A stretch of 41,656 bases of DNA from Neoconidiobolus thromboides FSU 785 (Eukaryota > Fungi > Entomophthoromycota): positions 1 to 41,656 of the forward strand of contig MU626428.1 in the NCBI GenBank assembly GCA_025603075.1, written 5' to 3'. This document shows, one piece after another, positions 34,985 through 41,656 of this stretch. The notes beneath the pieces are model-generated. The model did not search any database. It saw only the letters and a list, made by a program, of their open reading frames with translations, and was not told the DNA's origin. The position numbers and the translations under genes were made by a program. Numbering within the stretch: position 1 is the stretch's first letter; each line of letters starts with the position of its first letter.

Positions 34985-35079
34985 GGGGATGTATTTTTGT
35001 GTTTAAAAATTTTACTAATAGCTTTTCCACTCAAATAGCGCTTAAAAAATGGAAAAGTAATGAAATCAAAAATATCCCC
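34985..35079 (+). mobile_element. MITE copy 12
   Basis: GGGGATGTATTTTTG...CAAAAATATCCCC; flanks AATT/AATT. Confidence 0.9.
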
Positions 35080-35638
35080 AATTATTTTAATAAAGATAAA
35101 ACTATTTACATCAATAAAAACAAGCTGAAAATTTTCGACCAATAAACATATAATTAAATTTATAACGTAGAAGCTATTTAAAATACTATAATGACAATAA
35201 AATGAGTTATTAATTTTAATGAAATTTCATAAGATATGCTAATAATTAATACTTTCCAGGATTTTTTGTTCAGATTGAAGTTATATTTTATGCAAATTCA
35301 TTTTCCTAAAAGTATCATTTTGAATTTGTTGAAATTATTCATAATCACTATTATAAAGCTCTTGTTACATTGTTAAATTTTTAATAAAACGAGGATATAA
35401 GTTTAGATACTTTATTAACTGAATTCGTTTATGCTGTTATACTTCATGTTAAAGATCAAATCTTAGTATAATAGTACTAAAGCTTTTATTTTATAAAAAG
35501 CTTAAAAAAGTAAAATTTAATAATTTAGCATATTATTAATAAATTATTATAATGCTTTAAATTGATACTACTTTGTCCCTAAATCGGACAATGATTTTTA
35601 GAAAAGGTAGTTGTTAATATAATAATAATTAATTTTAT

Positions 35639-35911
35639 TATAACCAAATATAACGTAAAAAATATTACAATTGTATTAATTAGCAGTACGGTATACTTTG
35701 CAATTGATCAATTCTACTATGACCAAATATAACAAAAAAAATATTACAATTATATTAAGTAGCAGTACGGTATATCTTGTAATAATTAATTAATTGTATC
35801 AAGGCTTTTTATTTCTTCAATTTAGCATTTTACATAATTTTCATGGTATTATAATAGCTAGTACCATACTAATTTAGTACGATTATAATGTTATTTTCAT
35901 ATTTAGTCATA
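35639..35911. repeat. Second small repeat family: two direct units (period 79) plus one inverted unit
   Basis: 35639-35704 vs 35718-35783 are 58/66 identical (core TAGCAGTACGGTATA). The reverse complement of 35861-35911 (TATGACTAAATATGAAAATAACATTATAATCGTACTAAATTAGTATGGTAC) aligns to the same unit with gaps. Confidence 0.75.
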
Positions 35912-37533
35912 TTATTTTAAGTTTTTTAAATAAACGGTTTTTAATTTAACTTGCACTGGCTTTACATGTTTTTTTAGTTTTGGTGCTTACATTAAAACAA
36001 CAGAAGCATAGTTATTTCATTTATTTTAAATAAACCAAAAGGCTTTTGGGTAATAAGTTTGATAATAGTTTGATTATTTAATCCTATATTTATTTTTGGT
36101 TTCTAATATATCAAATATTCAAAATTAATATATTACAATTATTTTAGTCTTAATATGTAATAAATAATTAGTATTTGATTTCTAATAACAGTGGAAATAA
36201 TTCCTTAGTTGAATAAATTAGACTATTTTTAAATACCATACATGTTATTTATAAGTTTAAGCTTTTAAAATTTAGCTACAAATATAGTTACTATGCTTAA
36301 GGTTAGATAATAAAAGTAATTATTAATTTGATATATCAAAAGACAAATAAAGTTATATAATTAAACTCCATCCTTTTGTTTACTTTTGGATACCTACGTA
36401 TTTTCAAGGTTGTTATAAAACTATTCAATTTTATGAACCGTAATGTATTAATTCAATAGTAATCTCAATAGCTAAAATATTAAGTGTCAAAAATTTTGAT
36501 ATTGTTTTATAAGAATAAAATAAAAGTGAAAATAAAATTAAAGTTAAAAATAAAATGCGATTAATTTAAGATATAAATGTGAATAAAATTATAACTAATT
36601 TTCAAAGGGGCTACAATTTAGGAGTAGAATAAAAAATAAAGTATCGGATTTTTATATATTTAAGCTAGATAGAAATGTATTTTATTTGTGATATCATAAT
36701 CTTTGTGACAAACTTGTAAAATATTATATTTGGCTAGTCGAACTCCACCGCTTTTTATAATAAATCTTATTAGAATTACCTTACTATTTTTGTCTTTCCA
36801 GTGTTGGTGCAATCGAAGCCTCTTTTTGGGTTAAATAACCTTGGATCCAATTTATTTTTAAACGTATTCTATAATTCACATTGTATTATTAATCTCAGTA
36901 ACTGTTGAAAATTATTATTTTTAAAACAAAGTTTCAAGCTAATATACTTATTCTAACTTTAGTTTTAAATTAAGCTAAAATTTAAAGAATAATTGTTTTT
37001 CACATATAAATATATGTTTATCTTCAAATAAAGTAAAAATCGCTATAAAAGTCTACATTTTATTAGTTTGTTTGTATAGATAATTTTATAGCTTATACTA
37101 ATTAAGATCATTTAGAAATAAAAATTAATATCGCTATAAAATTGCTACCAAATTTGTATAACGAATTGACTTAAATATGAAATTATGTTCCTTGAATTTA
37201 TTTAAAATACTAGAATTATTCCTTAATTTAGTAAAATATACTTAGATGAATAACATTATATTTGATCTCAACCGTTACACGATCAATATAATTGGATAAA
37301 GACGTAACATTTCTTTTAAATTAGCTTTTTAAAGATTACGTTAAGGGAAATACCAAATTAGGAAAAAAGCCTGTGTATATTCTCAGATTATATAAGTTTA
37401 CATTACCATTATTAACGTTTTATCATGAATTTAACCTAAATAACTTTTACAAAAATCTATGATTTAAAATTCCCTATAATTAAAGGGGCTTTGCTATTTT
37501 ATTAGGTTGTAGTGTTAATAAATTCTCTAATAT

Positions 37534-38424
37534 TCATAAATCTAGGTTCGACTTTAGGAGATCAAGCTGTCTTTTATCTTCGCTATGATAACTGCCTTCT
37601 TTTGAGTTAAATTTGATATTCCCTATCCTCGGGACTTTATTAGGAGTAGCATACTGTTTTATTTTCAAAGTAGATGGGTTAATAGCAACTGGGAAAGCCT
37701 CTGAAGCATCTGTTAAAGCTCTTCTCTCTTTAGTCAAAAAGGCAGCGTTGTTATGTTCTGATATTGGGTCCGATGCTGTAAATGCAGGCTTTGGTTCTTC
37801 ATAATTTAATAAATTTGCAATCGAATTAACGTTGCTTCCAGGAGTAATTGCCTTAAAATTAGAAGGTTCTATATTAATAAACTCAATTATATTTTCTATA
37901 CTATTTTCCCTAAAATAATAATTTCGTGGGACATTCAATGCTTTTAATGAAGGATCCTGACTAGGTAAATTTAATACTTTTAAAAATACATCCTCGTCTG
38001 TATAATAATTAATAAGGTGATATCTTTTTCCATCAATGGTTGATATAGAAATAGAACGCTTACTAAGTCCCTGTGTTATTGAATTGTTTAAATCGTTATT
38101 TACCTTCTTTTTTGGATCCTTAGAAGGCTTGGGTTTTAATTCCTTATAAACCAGAAAATGATCCACATACCTTGAGGCAGACCAATTTTTCCCATCTGTC
38201 CAGCGCTGTATTCCGGAAAGATTTTGTTCCCATACAAACACAGAGCCAGATCGTATGTTTTTTCTTTGTGCTACTGTCAGTCTTTGATGGATTGATTTTA
38301 AGTTACCAAGTCTAGTTGCCTCAACTACATAAACAGCTTCGGCAGCTGATTTAATATAACCAAAATATGTTACGGTAAGTGGTGTTTCTGTTTCAGGGAC
38401 TTCAAGAGGAGTTGTAAAATACAT
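37534..38424 (-). CDS. Gti1/Pac2 (WOPR; Wor1/Ryp1/Mit1/Pac2) family transcription regulator, 296 aa
   Basis: TYFGYIKSAAEAVYVVEATRLG, IRSGSVFVWEQ, IQRWTDGKNWSASR, FLVYKE, GLSKRSISI and YHLINYY WOPRa/b motifs; C-terminal YHSEDKRQLDLL. Confidence 0.93.
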   Translation of the reverse strand: MYFTTPLEVPETETPLTVTYFGYIKSAAEAVYVVEATRLGNLKSIHQRLTVAQRKNIRSGSVFVWEQNLSGIQRWTDGKNWSASRYVDHFLVYKELKPKPSKDPKKKVNNDLNNSITQGLSKRSISISTIDGKRYHLINYYTDEDVFLKVLNLPSQDPSLKALNVPRNYYFRENSIENIIEFINIEPSNFKAITPGSNVNSIANLLNYEEPKPAFTASDPISEHNNAAFLTKERRALTDASEAFPVAINPSTLKIKQYATPNKVPRIGNIKFNSKEGSYHSEDKRQLDLLKSNLDL

Positions 38425-40891
38425 AACTATTTTTCATATATCTGAATAAATTAAAACTAAAAAAAATAAAATTCTTTGAATTTACAAAAAGCGACTTTAT
38501 ATACAGAATAGACTCAATTTACTTTTTGCAAATGATTTGAAAAAATCTCAAAACAAATCTACAAGCCGTTTTAAGACAAGTGGGGATTTGTACCACGTTT
38601 TTAATTATTTATAAAAAAGGAAGCAGCCTTAGATTTCTATAAATTGCCAAAATTATTAAAATCCATGGTTTAAACAAGAATACTTCTTTAATTCCATATT
38701 CTTCATTATGAAAACCATATAGATTAAAGTAACTATAAACTTTGACATAAAGTGATCCTAACTTTCAAAGTTAGAACAAAAATTTCAATAATGTATTTAA
38801 AACTAATTAAACTTAATATTAACATAAATATATTTTGGAGATGATTCAGGAAGATTTAGTATTGGCTTTATGGGTGTTCATTTTAGCTTTGAAATTGGGT
38901 TTTATTATTAATTTCATGGGTAACTGTTGCTAATATCGGTACTTTGTAGAAGAAAGCTAACAAATAAATTACTACATAAGTAAATATTTTACAACTTAAG
39001 TGGCTGTTATAGCAGCTTATACTTAAAAAGAGGTAGCAAAGCCCTGCTCCCAATACAGCAGTGTGCATAATAATAGTTTGTATTTATATCTATGTGTAAG
39101 CGTAAATTTGGAAATATTGACTTAGATGATAATAATTTGAATAAAGTTAATGTTATAATATAAAGTATTAGTTCATTAACAACATATAGTAATGCAGCAA
39201 TTGGTCTTTAGTGGAATCGTATTAATTTTAAATTTACATATTGAAGCAATATAATTGGATTATATTATTTTATAGTATGTTTACATAAGAAATTAACTTG
39301 CCTCAACATTTTAGTTTAATTTAAATTTTAAAGTGCCTTTCTTTAATTCGATCCGGAACTTAGGTAAGTTCTAATTTTGCATTGCGCGGGTTATGGCCAT
39401 ATTAAGATAAACGTTTAAATTTAATCATACACTTGTCATTTAACTTATTATACTTAATTTATAGAACATAGTTACTTGTTTAACTGGATAATAACTAGAT
39501 AGAATCCGCCCTTTATTTTTTCAAAGTACCATAATTTAGAATATATTTATAATATCTTCTATACTCTTAAAGTAGTTAAATGAATAATTAGCTTATTATG
39601 ATAAGTTCCTAAAATAGGAGAAATAAAAACTATAGGCAACCACAAATAGGGGGTGATATAAATTAATTGTTCAGAAGCAAATAGAAGTAAAATAATTGGT
39701 TAAATTTAATTGAAACGTTGGGCATTCCTATTAATTTTTACGGCAATTTAAATGAAGATTAAGTTTAAATTTAAACTTTTAATTAAACACTGGGGTAAAC
39801 TAATGTATAGCTTTTATAGTTGAAAATAGAATCAATGGTTTCTCCATCTTTTTGATAGTAATTATTACTTCATAAACTTAACAATAATTAATTAAATTTA
39901 ACGCCCTAAATAACCTTATAGATTATTATATTAAACCGGTTTTATCTTATATTCTAAAAATAAAATTTTTACATTAACAAATAGATACCTTGCTCGCATT
40001 TTTAGAGAATCTTCTTGGGTTTTATTATTGATAAATACAGCAATATCTTTTTTGTGATAACCTTTTAATATGTGCACATCCAATTATTTGAGGCTTTATT
40101 TGAAACAAATGTTATTAAGTGGAAACAATACGATTTTTTGTTTAAATTTAACTTTATTGTGCAGTATGCAACTTCTATAAAGAAACACTATTTTTTACCG
40201 ATAATTACAATCATCTTTTTAACCAAAATAATCTTTAAAAGTAACAGATCCTATATAGGCTAAGTTGAATAAAATTGTTGTTTTCTAACTTCTTGAGGAT
40301 ATTCTTATTGGTTTTAATTGAGAATGGTTTTTAAATATATTATCATTTGGGCTTTTGTGTAAGTTAACTAATTTTTAACGTATACACAAAATATCGTTAC
40401 AATATCATTATTTTAAAAAATTGCCTTTTTTGAAAATGGTCCAAAAGTGTTCTCTATATAAACATTTATAAGTGTAAATAGAATGTAAATGTGCAAAAGT
40501 ATTCAAGTGTTTTGAATACATTCAGAACTAAAATTTTCAAAATTACTTATTTTTCATTTTTTCATAACTTAAGTAATATTACACAACAACATCACTATAT
40601 CTTTTAAAACAAATTTAAATTTAAAACTATCTATTGAACCACGTTATAATAATATTAAATAAATCAAAATTGGTAAAGATATTGAAATTTATCTACTAAA
40701 TTTGCAAAATTAATTTTTTAATAAATAATTTTTTAGAATAATTTTTTTATACTTAAATAAAATAAAAAACTTGACTTTAATCTGATGATAAAAAAACACA
40801 TTAATATATATATGTTTAATTGTTTAAAAGCTTCAAAATTTTTATAATCATAAAAATGGTTTAGCCATTTATTAAAAACTGAAGAAATCTC

Positions 40892-41656
40892 TTAAAGTGG
40901 TTTGGCCAATACAGTTTCCAAGAAATAAATGACAGCTGGTGTAAGTTCTTTACCAACTGGAATAATTCTTGAAGGTGGGAGGACAAAACCATTTGAGGCA
41001 TTAGCATCTGGCGATAATTCGATAGTATATCCATAAGTCTTTTGGCTGTTGCCACCATAGAACCAATCAGAAGCAGAACCAGAAGTAGCGTATAACTCGA
41101 TGGATCTTTGATTTGTATATGAAGTACCAGCAACAGCGGCAATCTTTTGTTTGATACCTTCTCCTAAAGCTTTATGTTGAGCTTCATGAGGAGAAAGAGT
41201 TTGAGTATCTCCATAAGGACGGAGGATAAGTTGAGAGTAAGAGTGGAAGTCAATAGCTCCTAAGATAGGACCTTGAGACTTAAAATAGTTCACGATTGCT
41301 TGAGTCTCCAATTCAGAGGCGGCAGAAGGACCGCGATAGGTTTCAGAGGCTGGACTGGTGGATGCACCTGGACCACCCCATCTGAATGGAAAGTTACGGT
41401 TAAGATCAATACCTACACCACCAGTTACTGAGCGACGATTTTTACGCCATAAACGATCTCCGCTCCAAGTATAAGCATAACCATCTGGGTTAACAACTGG
41501 TACAGCAATAATTTCAATTTGATCTAATAAAGATTTAATGGCTGGGTCACTTTGACGGTTAGTGATTAAATGGTTCAAAACATATTGTAAAGTGGATCCA
41601 GTAATCCATTCACGAGCATGGATCAATGACTCAAAGTAGACCTTTTTCTTTGGAGT
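40892..41656 (-). CDS. Zinc metallocarboxypeptidase, family M14A (carboxypeptidase A/B-like); 5' end beyond the window
   Basis: Frame open to the window edge (TPKKKVYFESLIHAREW). Zn ligands HAREW and DFHSY, substrate motifs WRKNR and DLNRNF, Tyr248-equivalent ELYATSG and catalytic Glu in YTIEL. Confidence 0.95.
   Translation of the reverse strand, partial: TPKKKVYFESLIHAREWITGSTLQYVLNHLITNRQSDPAIKSLLDQIEIIAVPVVNPDGYAYTWSGDRLWRKNRRSVTGGVGIDLNRNFPFRWGGPGASTSPASETYRGPSAASELETQAIVNYFKSQGPILGAIDFHSYSQLILRPYGDTQTLSPHEAQHKALGEGIKQKIAAVAGTSYTNQRSIELYATSGSASDWFYGGNSQKTYGYTIELSPDANASNGFVLPPSRIIPVGKELTPAVIYFLETVLAKPL

Noticed and set aside
38841-39068. Small hydrophobic ORFs: + strand 30 aa (MIQEDLVLALWVF...GNCC) and - strand 61 aa
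   Set aside because: Hydrophobic short ORFs are common in T-rich DNA, the two overlap in antisense, and there is no motif support.
39355-39465. GAACTTA-GG-TAAGTTC palindrome overlapping an AG|GTAAGT donor-like site
   Set aside because: A 7-bp stem is unremarkable, and the putative spliced product has no open frame.
9106-41142. Remaining short track ORFs (9106, 10144, 13441, 15451, 17940, 21460, 23285, 25686, 30436, 31583, 37613, 40861; also 6462, 20028, 40072)
   Set aside because: They are antisense or alternate-frame shadows of real genes, or motif-less AT-rich intergenic ORFs, mostly with non-ATG starts.

Overview
Very AT-rich eukaryotic DNA with short GT-AG introns (24 placed by hand, 41-112 nt) and fungal-type genes. 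An early-diverging fungus, e.g. Zoopagomycota/Entomophthorales-like, is an inference only. I can support 11 protein genes: a secreted RlpA/expansin-like protein, a CREB/ATF-type bZIP, a stand-alone eEF1B-gamma-type GST, a LON-domain/double-RING protein, a ~1000-aa coiled-coil protein, a Cti6-like PHD-finger protein, a ~3184-aa BEACH-WD40-FYVE (WDFY3/ALFY/Bph1-like) protein, PRP38 with an RS tail, ATG10, a Gti1/Pac2 (WOPR) regulator and a 5'-truncated M14 carboxypeptidase. The 3' tip of a twelfth gene may lie at the left edge. ATG10, the PHD finger and most of the GST are not recognisable in the supplied ORF track because they are split into small exons. The intergenic DNA holds 12 full copies of a ~95-102 bp non-autonomous element (MITE) with GRG...CYC terminal inverted repeats and 4-bp A/T target-site duplications, Sola-like by inference. 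These copies show CpG decay and apparent arm-to-arm homogenisation. There is also a 122-nt pre-miRNA-like hairpin (44 bp stem with 6 G.U pairs) and a second small direct/inverted repeat family. No tRNA, rRNA, CRISPR array or transposase was recognised. All splicing and alignments were done by eye and no database search was run.
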